A stretch of DNA of 64,000 nucleotides. It comes from Bacillota bacterium (GTDB lineage: Bacteria > Bacillota > Bacilli > Paenibacillales > NBRC-103111). The notes under the pieces are model-generated. The model searched no databases and was not told the DNA's origin. It was given only the letters and a program-made list of their open reading frames with translations. This document shows, piece by piece, positions 1 through 8,795 of the stretch. The stretch is from NCBI GenBank assembly GCA_023393235.1, contig JAEWMH010000080.1, positions 5,157 to 69,156 of the forward strand, written 5' to 3'. How positions within the stretch are numbered: the stretch's first letter is position 1; the number at the start of each line of letters is the position of its first letter. The position numbers and the translations under genes are program-made.

Positions 1-19
1 CAGTAAGTAAAGCATTCAT
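1..19 (-). CDS. 5' end (about 6 codons) of a downstream gene translationally coupled to the ABC ATPase; probably its permease partner
   Basis: ATG at 19..17 overlaps the TGA stop of the upstream ORF (ATGA). The ORF runs off the window. Confidence 0.3.
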
Positions 20-939
20 GCCCGCACCTCCCCTGCCGCGATTGTTTTTAGAAAATAAGACTCCAGCTCTTCTTCCTCCACCTTCAGCATAGAAAGGGGC
101 AGACCCGCATCCGCCAGCAGCCTGGCTACAAATTCAGGGTGGCGCACCGCCCTTTCGTCCGCAAGCTCAAGCAGTCCTTCTTTCACTTCATGCGCTAAAT
201 AACCACTATTCGCCAAAGCCGAACGGGCCGCTTCCCGATGTCCGCCAACCCCAACATATAACCGCTTTTGCCGGATTTTTTCAAACTCTCCCGCCGTAAT
301 CTCCTGCAGCATAACCCCTTTATGGATAATACCGATCCGGGTAGCCATCTTCGCCACCTCCTCCAGAATGTGGCTGGATATAAACACCGTTTTCCCTTCC
401 TGCTTGGCAAGCTGGATCAGCAGCTCCCGGATTTCCACAATCCCTGCCGGATCAAGGGCATTAGTCGGTTCATCCAAGATCAGAATATCCGGGTTATGCA
501 GGAGCGCCTTGGCTAGTCCCAGCTTCTGCATATTGCCTAATGACAAAAATTTGGCCTTCCGGTCCGCATAGGCGTCCAGGTTAAGCTCCTTCATCACCCT
601 GTCCACGCTGTCTGAAGGCTGCAGACCACGAAGCTTCGCCAGCAGCAGCAGGTTCTCCCTTACCGTAAAACCGGGATAGGCCGCCGGCATCTCCACCATG
701 TACCCCACACGGTTCCAAAGCCTGCTCCCGCTTTCGCTTACTCTATTGCCAAACAGGAATACATCTCCTGAGGTTGGTTTAATCATCCCCAGCAAGGTGC
801 GGATGGTGGTGGTTTTACCTGCTCCGTTCAAGCCGAGAAAACCGTATACCTCCCCTTGCTGCACCGATAAGGAAACATCCTGAACCACCGAAACCGTTCC
901 ATACCGTTTCGTCAACCTTTCCGTCCGAATCTGCTCCAT
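16..939 (-). CDS. ABC transporter ATP-binding protein (ABC-2 type)
   Basis: ORF 16..960. Walker A GLNGAGKTT, signature LSLGNMQKL, Walker B ILILDEPT. Preferred start is ATG 939 (MEQIRTERL) behind GGGGAGGA. Confidence 0.9.
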   Translation of the reverse strand: MEQIRTERLTKRYGTVSVVQDVSLSVQQGEVYGFLGLNGAGKTTTIRTLLGMIKPTSGDVFLFGNRVSESGSRLWNRVGYMVEMPAAYPGFTVRENLLLLAKLRGLQPSDSVDRVMKELNLDAYADRKAKFLSLGNMQKLGLAKALLHNPDILILDEPTNALDPAGIVEIRELLIQLAKQEGKTVFISSHILEEVAKMATRIGIIHKGVMLQEITAGEFEKIRQKRLYVGVGGHREAARSALANSGYLAHEVKEGLLELADERAVRHPEFVARLLADAGLPLSMLKVEEEELESYFLKTIAAGEVRA

Positions 940-960
940 CCTGCTGCATCCTCCCCGCAA

Positions 961-986
961 TTTAACTTAACGTTCGTTTAGTGAAA
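961..986 (-). promoter_or_regulatory. second copy of the TetR-type operator-like box, directly upstream of the ABC ATPase gene
   Basis: tttaacttaacgttcgtttagtgaaa matches 22 of 26 positions of the box at 1651..1676. Confidence 0.45.
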
Positions 987-1004
987 TGAGTAAAAAAAGA
1001 CAGC

Positions 1005-1637
1005 CTACCGGGACCACAATGCTGCATAATAGTCAACGATCCGCTGTTTTTGCTCCATTCCGAGATTCTGTTCTTTGATCATACCCTGAACAATCAAGAC
1101 GACAATGTGGGATAAAAATTGGGAAGCCGCCATAGCGAAATCCATCTCCCGGAGCTCTCCTCTTGCATACATCTTCCTTAGATAAACCTCCATAGCCTGA
1201 AACGGTTGTTTGGTCAGGTCGTCCAGCGCCTCCTGCTGCTCCTGCTCCAGTTGATTCCGCTCCTGAATCAGAATCAGGAAATAGTCCCTGTCGTTCTGAA
1301 TCTGTCCGGCAATGCCATCCATCAGAGACAACAGAGTTTGGTCCAGCGCAGGCTCCCCCAGGAAGGTCTGCTCCAAAAAAGCAACGATCCGGGCAATCCG
1401 TTCCTCCTGTGCGACCTGTAAAACCGCCCTCAGAATATCCAGCTTGCCTCCCGGAAAATAATGATACGCCAGCGCTTCGGTCATACCGATGGTTTTGTTC
1501 AGCTCCCGCATGGAGGTAGCGTGATACCCCTTTTGTGCAAATAACCGCTTCGCTGTGTCCAGAAGCTGCTGCTTACGCTCTGCCGCTTGTATGTCCCGGT
1601 TGGTCATCCGTGTTCGTTTGCCTTCCGCGGTCATCAT
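1005..1637 (-). CDS. TetR/AcrR family transcriptional regulator
   Basis: N-terminal HTH LFAQKGYHATSMRELNKTIGMTEALAYHYFPGGK. 210 aa, all-helical C-terminal part. Confidence 0.9.
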   Translation of the reverse strand: MMTAEGKRTRMTNRDIQAAERKQQLLDTAKRLFAQKGYHATSMRELNKTIGMTEALAYHYFPGGKLDILRAVLQVAQEERIARIVAFLEQTFLGEPALDQTLLSLMDGIAGQIQNDRDYFLILIQERNQLEQEQQEALDDLTKQPFQAMEVYLRKMYARGELREMDFAMAASQFLSHIVVLIVQGMIKEQNLGMEQKQRIVDYYAALWSR

Positions 1638-1650
1638 CCTTCACCCCCCA

Positions 1651-1675
1651 TTTAACTTAACGATCGTTAAGTAAA
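1651..1675 (-). promoter_or_regulatory. palindromic operator (candidate TetR site)
   Basis: Perfect 16-bp palindrome CTTAACGATCGTTAAG (1656..1671), immediately downstream of the predicted -10. Confidence 0.6.
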
Positions 1676-1704
1676 TCATATGCGATGAACCTGTCTCTTG
1701 TCAA
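1675..1704 (-). promoter_or_regulatory. sigma-A-type promoter of the tetR-ABC unit
   Basis: Minus strand reads TTGACA (1704..1699), 18-nt spacer, TATGAT (1680..1675). Confidence 0.55.
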
Positions 1705-1723
1705 ACGGTGTCGGTGCGAATAG

Positions 1724-1752
1724 AAAAAGAAGCAGCCTAAGGAGGCTGCTTC
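1724..1752 (-). terminator. intrinsic terminator of the upstream MacB-type operon
   Basis: 10-bp perfect stem GAAGCAGCCT/AGGCTGCTTC with a 4-nt loop, followed by TTTTT on the minus strand. Confidence 0.8.
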
Positions 1753-1950
1753 CACGAAAGCAAACGGTGAATAAATACTCATGTGGAATGACTGGGAGGG
1801 AAAGGGGGGACTTGAGGGCGAGTTTTTTGGCGGCTTTGAACCCTTACCATTCCAATCCAATCAAGGCCGACAAAACGTGTTTGAGCCTCCAAGGCCCCCC
1901 TTTCCCGGTAAGGAATGCAACCCAATGAGCATTTACGCGAGCCTCCTAGG

Positions 1951-4362
1951 CTATTCCACACTCTTCAGCGCCTCTACCATCACGATACGGTTCAGCGTCC
2001 GGTTGGTAATCCAATTGACAGCGACGGCGAAGCAGAAGGTTAGCGCCGCGGTCATCATATAGCTCACCGGCTTCACAGAAACGGCGAAGTGGATGGAGGG
2101 CATGTTCAGTGCAACCGTAAGGAATCCGCTGATGAACCGGCCCACGGGCAAGCCGATGAGAATACCCGCCGCGGTGAGCAGCAGGGTTTCTTTATTCACA
2201 TACTGGTGCACTTCCTTATCGTAGAAGCCCAGCACCTTGATGGTAGCCAGCTCCCGGTTGCGCTCCGAGATGTTCGTGTTAGACAGGGTGAACAGGACCA
2301 CAAAGGCCAACCCGCCAGCCCTCACAAAGATCAGCAGCAGCACGGCGTTCATCAGGTCAAAGCCGTATTCGTCTAATAAAGCTGCCGTGCTTACCGAAGT
2401 TAACACGGCATCGTTGTCCAGCAGCTTCTCCGCATAGGCAGCCTGCTCCTGACCGGATAGTGTTGGCAGATGAGCCAACACACCATTCGGGGCATAACCT
2501 CCGAACAGGGCCTCATATTGCTTCTGCGGTACATAGACACTGTTGCCCAGATAATTCTTCACCACATGGGAGATGGTCACCTGATGCTGCTTGAGCCCCA
2601 TATCCTCCAGGGTAAGGGAGTCCCCTGCCTTCACACCCAGAATACGCGCTGCGTTCTGGGTGAGGAGCACGCCCTCCCCCTCCGGCTGGACCAGCTTCCC
2701 GTCCAGATTCTCCAAGCGGATGTATTCCTCTGCTGCCGCTCCATCGGGAAATGCCATTAGCTGCATCTTTTCCGCGTCTCCGCCGGAGTTCAGCAGCTTC
2801 ACACTATCTACCCGCACATCCAGATAGTCCTCAGCCTTGCCGTCGGCGGCCAGCTGCTCCACCAGCTTGCCCTGTTGAGTCTCCTGGGCTACCGCCATAA
2901 GGTCATAACGGTAGACCTCCTGATACTGCCGGGGGCCCAGCCGGTCTATGGAATCCTTAATGGCGAAGCCGCACAGGATCAGGGCGGTGCAGCCCATAAT
3001 GCCGCCTACCGTCATGAACAGGCGCTTCTTGTAACGGAACAGGTTTCGTACCGTCACCTTGTTCAGGAATTTCAGCCGGTTCCAAATCACCGGAAGCCGC
3101 TCCAGGAACACACGGGAGCCGGCACGTGGCGCCTTGGGACGCATAAGCGAAGCGGGCATCTGCCGAAGCTCGCTGCGGCAGGCCAGGGCCGTCGCCCCGA
3201 CAATGGCCACCAGAAACAGAAGAACGCCTCCTACCCCATAGACTAGATCAAACCGCAGCTCATAATGGGGAACGGTATACAGCTCCTCCAGCACAAGGGA
3301 GATAAATTTGGGCATCAGGACAAAGCCGAACACGTCTCCCAGCAGTCCTCCCAACAGGCTGGCCATCAAGGCAAACAGCAGGTATTTGCGGTAGATGGCT
3401 CCATTGCTGAAGCCCAGCGCCTTATAGGTCCCGATCAGCCCGCGCTCCTCCTCCACCATCCGGGTCATGGAGGTCAGGCTCATCAGCACAGCCACCAGCA
3501 GGAAAATCACCGGAAACACCTTGCCGACAGCTTCAATGGAGGACAGATCATTCACCATGCTGGAATAGCTGTCCAGCGAGGTCCGGTCCTGGACATACCA
3601 TAGGGCGGCACCGCTGTTTGAGCCAGCCTGCCCCCGCAGCCCCTCTATTCCGCTAATAACCTTCTGTACCACCTGTTTGTATTCATCCGAAAAGGTATCT
3701 AACTCTTTCGTACCGGCCACCGTCAGATAAGCCGCAGTAAACATCGGGCTGCCGCCAGGCACCGCTGGTATTGGCTCCGCCGTGAAAAAGGTGTAGTCCG
3801 CGGCGGCATTGGCCCGGAAAACACTGGCCATACCCCCGGCCTGGATGTTCATCGGATCCATGGCTACACCTGTAATGGTATAGGTCTCATTGCCGATAGG
3901 TAGAGAACCGCCCACAGATGCGCCGCTTTCCTCGATGTACTTCCGGTTAACGGCAAGCTCCCTGCTTCCGGAGGGCAGAACCCCTTCCAGCATATAGGGG
4001 GCATTGATGCCCTTGGCGCTAAGTGTCTTCAATTCTGCGCTTTTGCCCACGCCGTCCACATCCGTCTCCACCGTCCGGCTGAAGGCTCCTTCCACCGCCT
4101 CCACACCCTCCACCCGGCTGACCGTCTTCACGTCTTCCTCCGTCAGCCCCATGGGAGACATGATCCGGATGTCGAATAAATGCTGCCGGTCATAGAACTT
4201 GTCTGCCGAATAATACATATCCATGCAGGAAGCGTACAGGCCGGTAAGCATCCCGACCCCCAGCGCGGTAATGATCATGATGGACATAAACCGTTTCCAC
4301 CCTTTGCGGATGGAACGCCAAATATCGTTCCGGTAAGCCTTGTTCATCCCCTCACCACTCAA
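1951..4362 (-). CDS. FtsX-family (MacB-type) ABC transporter permease with two FtsX modules
   Basis: 803 aa. N-terminal TM helix, large loop, then clusters of TM helices twice. Start overlaps the stop of the upstream ATPase. Confidence 0.85.
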   Translation of the reverse strand: MSGEGMNKAYRNDIWRSIRKGWKRFMSIMIITALGVGMLTGLYASCMDMYYSADKFYDRQHLFDIRIMSPMGLTEEDVKTVSRVEGVEAVEGAFSRTVETDVDGVGKSAELKTLSAKGINAPYMLEGVLPSGSRELAVNRKYIEESGASVGGSLPIGNETYTITGVAMDPMNIQAGGMASVFRANAAADYTFFTAEPIPAVPGGSPMFTAAYLTVAGTKELDTFSDEYKQVVQKVISGIEGLRGQAGSNSGAALWYVQDRTSLDSYSSMVNDLSSIEAVGKVFPVIFLLVAVLMSLTSMTRMVEEERGLIGTYKALGFSNGAIYRKYLLFALMASLLGGLLGDVFGFVLMPKFISLVLEELYTVPHYELRFDLVYGVGGVLLFLVAIVGATALACRSELRQMPASLMRPKAPRAGSRVFLERLPVIWNRLKFLNKVTVRNLFRYKKRLFMTVGGIMGCTALILCGFAIKDSIDRLGPRQYQEVYRYDLMAVAQETQQGKLVEQLAADGKAEDYLDVRVDSVKLLNSGGDAEKMQLMAFPDGAAAEEYIRLENLDGKLVQPEGEGVLLTQNAARILGVKAGDSLTLEDMGLKQHQVTISHVVKNYLGNSVYVPQKQYEALFGGYAPNGVLAHLPTLSGQEQAAYAEKLLDNDAVLTSVSTAALLDEYGFDLMNAVLLLIFVRAGGLAFVVLFTLSNTNISERNRELATIKVLGFYDKEVHQYVNKETLLLTAAGILIGLPVGRFISGFLTVALNMPSIHFAVSVKPVSYMMTAALTFCFAVAVNWITNRTLNRIVMVEALKSVE

Positions 4363-5053
4363 TCTGCTCGACGGGAGTCGGCTGTTCGTTATGCACCATT
4401 TTCACCACTTGGCCGTTCTTGAAGTGGATGACCTTGTCGGCCATAGGTGCCAGCGCCGAGTTGTGGGTGATGATCAGCACCGTGATCTTCTCCCGGCGGC
4501 ACATGTCCTGGAGCAGCTGCAGAATCTGCTTGCCGGTATTGTAATCCAATGCGCCGGTAGGCTCATCGCACAGCAGCAGCTTTGGCTTCTTGGCGATGGC
4601 CCGGGCGATGGATACCCGCTGCTGCTCCCCGCCGGAGAGCTGGGCGGGGAAGTTATTCTTGCGTTCGGATAACCCCACCTTATCCAGCGTTTCGGAGGCA
4701 TCCAGGGAATCCTGGCGGATCTGGGCGGCCAGCTCCACATTTTCCAGTGCGGTCAGATTGGGCACCAGGTTATAGAATTGAAATACAAAGCCGATATCCG
4801 TACGGCGGTAACCCACCAGCTGCTTATTGGAATAACGGGACACCACCTCGCCGTCCACCACCACCTCACCGGAGGTAGCCGTATCCATTCCGCCTAATAT
4901 ATTGAGAGCTGTCGTTTTGCCTGCACCGGAGGCGCCGAGGATTACGGCCAGCTCCCCCTTTTCCACTGAAAAGCTGGCATTCTCCAGGGCGTGGATGACA
5001 ACACCCTCGGAGGCGTATTGCTTTCCCACTTGGTTAAATTCAATATAGGCCAT
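4352..5053 (-). CDS. MacB/LolD-type ABC transporter ATP-binding protein
   Basis: [29 protein letters not shown]. 233 aa. Confidence 0.92.
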   Translation of the reverse strand: MAYIEFNQVGKQYASEGVVIHALENASFSVEKGELAVILGASGAGKTTALNILGGMDTATSGEVVVDGEVVSRYSNKQLVGYRRTDIGFVFQFYNLVPNLTALENVELAAQIRQDSLDASETLDKVGLSERKNNFPAQLSGGEQQRVSIARAIAKKPKLLLCDEPTGALDYNTGKQILQLLQDMCRREKITVLIITHNSALAPMADKVIHFKNGQVVKMVHNEQPTPVEQIEW

Positions 5054-5150
5054 CAGGTTCTCTCCCTTGACTTTGGCGTGCTAATACTTAATCGTATAAA
5101 TCCCGCATGCGTTTGTCAAATAGAGAGAACGGCAAGGCCTTGTCGCGTTT

Positions 5151-7490
5151 TTACTCCACGCTCTTTAACGATTCAATCATGTTAATGCCCGCTACCTTCC
5201 TGCGGAGAAGCAGGCTGGATGTAGCCGTAAGCAGAAGGGCCAGTAACACCGCTATCAGCACAACGGCAGCAGGCAGCTGGTCCGGGATTTGCTGGTGGCT
5301 GCTGGACAATGCCTTCACAATATTCCCGAACACGTAACCGCTGGCCGGGAGAGCGAAAATGACCGCAAAGGCGGTTACCGCTATATTTTCGGAAAAGATG
5401 AGCCTGTTGATTTTGTGCTTGGGATAACCCAATACCTTCAGGGTGGCGAGCTCCCGGTTTCTTTCGTAAATATTAATGGACGAGATGGTATAGATTGCTC
5501 CGAAGGACAAGATCACGGCACAGATGATGAACATGATAAACATAAAGCTGTTTTGCTGCATCATATATTCCGCCGATTTCCCCAAATCCGCCTGGTCTGT
5601 AATGGCCTCCACCTGAAGGTCCTGCTCAAAGAAGCTGCGAAGCCCGGGAACCTCTGCGGCATGATCCGCTGCAACCAGAAGCGAGGTTGGGCTGTACGTC
5701 AGCCCAAAGCTCTCCAAATACTCCGGTGTCACAAAAAAGGACGGATTGGAATACTGGTTGGTGATGTGTTGGACCTTCATAGTAACGGTTTGATTCCGCA
5801 GCCCGGGAGCCGTAAAGGCCAGCTGAATCAGATCCCCTTCCGAGATGTGATACTTGTCGGCATACGACTTGGGCACCAGCACCCCGCCGTTCTCCAGAGC
5901 AACTTGGTTATCATGAGCGTCAAAAAAATGAATAAGTTTGTTTTCCGTTCCGGTTACGACTAAATCGGCCTTTTCTGCCCGGCTGTCTTTCATGAAGTTC
6001 ACCGGTAAAGTGGACAAGCCGTAGCTGCTTTTTATGCCGGAGGGCAGCTTTAGGGTCTCCAAATTCACTCCCGTTTTGTAGTCCATTTTCAGATCATAGG
6101 TGTACACCTCTCCGATTTGATCCGCAACCTTTTGCAGAGACATCTGTGTGCCAAAAGCCGTGATAAGCAGAATGGTGCTGACCGCTACACCAATGGAGCT
6201 GGCAAGCGCTTTTTGCTTGTTGAGAAAGATGTTCCGCAGAATCAGCTTGTAGCTGTACGGAAGACGGCTCCAAATACCGGGAATCCGTTCCATGACTATT
6301 TTTTTCATCGATTTTGGCGGTTTTGGCCGCAGCATCTGGGCGGCCCGTTCCCTCAGTATCTTCCTGCCGCTCAGGTAGCAGGATATCATGCCGAACACAC
6401 TGGAGATCACGATGGGCGGCACGAGGGAGAACGGAGAAAGTGAAAATTCGATCCCCGGCAGCGAATAGGAGTTGGCATTAGACGCCGTCACCATGGGAAC
6501 AAAGACTACAGCAGCAACGATATAACCAAGAATAGAGCCAGTAATGCCGACAATGACGGGGAAACCCATGTAATGAAGCATGATGCTTCTGTTTTTTACA
6601 CCCAAAGCCTTCATAATCCCCACCTGATTCCGCTGGGAATCGATCATCCTGGACATGGTCAGGAATAGAATAATGGCTTCAATCAGGAACAGGACCAAAG
6701 GGATAACCTTGCTCATCAAGCGGTTATTATGGATAGTGGCATTCAACTGCGAATAACTGAAAGTGCGTTCCTTGCTCATTTGGCTCAAATAAGACAGATT
6801 TCGGGACTTCTCTTCGATAACCTGGGCTAATTGATCGACATTGTAGCCGTCCTCCGCATCAACCAAAATTTCGTTGTAAAAAACACCCCCGCCCCCGGCA
6901 ATGTCAGGTACAGACGCTTCAGCCACATAAGCGATTCCATGGGTTTTGTGGTCTTGGATTTCGTTTTTCTTGGCATGCTCCACATTTTCGCCTAAACCAA
7001 CAATGGTAAACCTCAGATCTTTATTATTGGTCTGGATCGTGATGGCATCACCGATACGATAGTTATGCTCCTGAGCATAATGGGAATCCAGTAACACCTC
7101 CCCCTGTTTCCAAGGAATACTCCCCTCCATTACAGCAGGCGTATTGATTGAGTTGTCCGCAGGAATCGAATGAACGTTCACTATGGCCTTATACGAGTCA
7201 AACACTTCCGACGCCTGAATGCTGTACCGGCCTTCTATTTTTTTGACGCCTTGAATACCGCTTAATGAGGCCATTTCCTGCTTGGAAAGCTGACTGTAAT
7301 ACACATTCAGATCGCTGATATTATGCTTTTCGAAATACTGCTCTGTATACGCGCTTAAATGATCGCTCAGGGTGACCAGGCCTGTATAGAAAAAAGCCCC
7401 CACAGCAATGACCACAGCAAACGCCATAAATTGTCCGGCGGATTGCTTCAGGTCCCTCCACAGCTTGTACCGTAATTTCCCCATCACCAT
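5151..7490 (-). CDS. FtsX-family (MacB-type) ABC transporter permease, paralogue of 1951..4362
   Basis: 779 aa with the same architecture. Both C-termini end in SVE (EALKSVE / ESLKSVE). Start overlaps the ATPase stop. Confidence 0.85.
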   Translation of the reverse strand: MVMGKLRYKLWRDLKQSAGQFMAFAVVIAVGAFFYTGLVTLSDHLSAYTEQYFEKHNISDLNVYYSQLSKQEMASLSGIQGVKKIEGRYSIQASEVFDSYKAIVNVHSIPADNSINTPAVMEGSIPWKQGEVLLDSHYAQEHNYRIGDAITIQTNNKDLRFTIVGLGENVEHAKKNEIQDHKTHGIAYVAEASVPDIAGGGGVFYNEILVDAEDGYNVDQLAQVIEEKSRNLSYLSQMSKERTFSYSQLNATIHNNRLMSKVIPLVLFLIEAIILFLTMSRMIDSQRNQVGIMKALGVKNRSIMLHYMGFPVIVGITGSILGYIVAAVVFVPMVTASNANSYSLPGIEFSLSPFSLVPPIVISSVFGMISCYLSGRKILRERAAQMLRPKPPKSMKKIVMERIPGIWSRLPYSYKLILRNIFLNKQKALASSIGVAVSTILLITAFGTQMSLQKVADQIGEVYTYDLKMDYKTGVNLETLKLPSGIKSSYGLSTLPVNFMKDSRAEKADLVVTGTENKLIHFFDAHDNQVALENGGVLVPKSYADKYHISEGDLIQLAFTAPGLRNQTVTMKVQHITNQYSNPSFFVTPEYLESFGLTYSPTSLLVAADHAAEVPGLRSFFEQDLQVEAITDQADLGKSAEYMMQQNSFMFIMFIICAVILSFGAIYTISSINIYERNRELATLKVLGYPKHKINRLIFSENIAVTAFAVIFALPASGYVFGNIVKALSSSHQQIPDQLPAAVVLIAVLLALLLTATSSLLLRRKVAGINMIESLKSVE

Positions 7491-8188
7491 TCGATCTCCT
7501 CAACGCTTTGTTTGCGGGCATTCACCATAACGCTTTCGATCAACCCGCTTTTCACCTTGATCACTTTATCGGCCATGGGCGCAATGGCGGTATTATGGGT
7601 GACCAATACTACACAGGTTTTCATGTCCTTATTCAAATCCTCAAGAAGCTTCAGGACAGACTTCCCTGTCACGTAATCCAATGCCCCGGTAGGTTCATCG
7701 CATAGCAGCAGGGAGGGATTCTTGGCAACCGCTCTGGCAATCGCCACGCGCTGTTGTTCTCCGCCGGAGAGCTGGGACGGATAATTGCCGGTCCGGCTGG
7801 TCAGGCCGACTTTATGGAGAATATCCTTGGCATCCAGATGGTTATCGCATACCTCTGCGGCAAACTCCACATTCTCCAATGCATTCAAGTTGGGAATCAA
7901 GTTATAAAATTGAAATACAAAACCTACCTTCTTCCCCCGGTATTCCGTGAGCTTTCTTTCGTTGAGACGGGTTATATCCTGGCCGTCAACCAAAACCCGG
8001 CCCGAGCTGGCTGTATCCATTCCGCCCAATATATTCAGGATGGTGCTTTTGCCTGCGCCGCTTGTGCCTAAAACCACCACGAACTCCCCCTCCGATATGG
8101 AGAAATCCACACCGGCCAACGCTTGGATTTTGATTTCGCCGATCTGATATTCCTTCGTTACAGCTTGAAATTCGATAAGTGTTCTCAT
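7484..8188 (-). CDS. MacB/LolD-type ABC transporter ATP-binding protein, paralogue of 4352..5053
   Basis: [29 protein letters not shown]. Shares [17 protein letters not shown] with the paralogue. Confidence 0.92.
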   Translation of the reverse strand: MRTLIEFQAVTKEYQIGEIKIQALAGVDFSISEGEFVVVLGTSGAGKSTILNILGGMDTASSGRVLVDGQDITRLNERKLTEYRGKKVGFVFQFYNLIPNLNALENVEFAAEVCDNHLDAKDILHKVGLTSRTGNYPSQLSGGEQQRVAIARAVAKNPSLLLCDEPTGALDYVTGKSVLKLLEDLNKDMKTCVVLVTHNTAIAPMADKVIKVKSGLIESVMVNARKQSVEEIEW

Positions 8189-8257
8189 CGGTTCCCTCTC
8201 CCCGCTTCACATGTAATGAATCCGCAGGACAAATTCGCCCTATGAATTTCGTTTTGT

Positions 8258-8288
8258 GTATGTTAGTATGTTACTCATGTAGCATACT
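8258..8288. promoter_or_regulatory. operator 1: inverted repeat GTATGTT-N8-AGCATAC (candidate YtrA/GntR site)
   Basis: AGTATGTTAC-tcat-GTAGCATACT (8265..8288), 9 of 10 complementary, preceded by a tandem GTATGTTA. Overlaps the -10 of the minus-strand promoter. Confidence 0.6.
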
Positions 8289-8315
8289 GTAATGCATGGT
8301 CCCAAAGGTTGTCAA
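8286..8315 (-). promoter_or_regulatory. candidate sigma-A promoter for the MacB-type ABC genes
   Basis: Minus strand reads TTGACA (8315..8310), 18 nt, TACAGT (8291..8286). Confidence 0.45.
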
Positions 8316-8354
8316 TAACAAAAATACAGGTTCATATCCGGCAACCGGCTGTAA

Positions 8355-8383
8355 TTGACAATCGTTTGCTGATCTAATATGGT
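8355..8383 (+). promoter_or_regulatory. sigma-A promoter of the GntR-ABC operon
   Basis: TTGACA (8355..8360), 17 nt, TATGGT (8378..8383). Confidence 0.6.
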
Positions 8384-8403
8384 ATGTTGGACAGGTAACA
8401 TAC
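8382..8403. promoter_or_regulatory. operator 2: inverted repeat GTATGTT-N8-AACATAC
   Basis: Perfect 7-bp arms with the same geometry as operator 1. Overlaps the -10/+1 of the plus-strand promoter. Confidence 0.6.
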
Positions 8404-8407
8404 TAAT

Positions 8408-8794
8408 ATGATGAATGGTGAAACCATGAACTTCACTTTCGACGATAAACATCCCATTTTTCAACAGGCAGCCGACATCATTGAAGATGATATCTTAAAG
8501 GGCACGTTCCAGGAGAATGATCAGATTCTTTCTGTAGCCCAGTTTTCACAGCTGTTTCAGATCAACCCTGCAACTGTGGTGAAAGGGATCGGTCTGCTTG
8601 TTAACGAGGGTATTCTGTACAAAAAACGCGGGCTTGGCATGTACGTAGCAGCCGATGCGAGGGAGAAAATCCTGGTGAAGCGTAAGGAACGTTTCTCAAA
8701 GGAGCTGCTGTTGGAGCTGGTGAAGGAAGCGGATAAGCTAACGCTCTCAACGGAAGAAATCATGAGCATGATCAAGCAACTTAGAAAGGAATGA
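8408..8794 (+). CDS. GntR-family transcriptional regulator, YtrA subfamily (short, no effector domain)
   Basis: wHTH SVAQFSQLFQINPATVVKGIGLLVNEGILYKKRGLGMYV. About 125 aa. Start may be ATG 8426 (MNFTFDD). Confidence 0.88.
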   Translation: MMNGETMNFTFDDKHPIFQQAADIIEDDILKGTFQENDQILSVAQFSQLFQINPATVVKGIGLLVNEGILYKKRGLGMYVAADAREKILVKRKERFSKELLLELVKEADKLTLSTEEIMSMIKQLRKE

Positions 8795-8795
8795 G

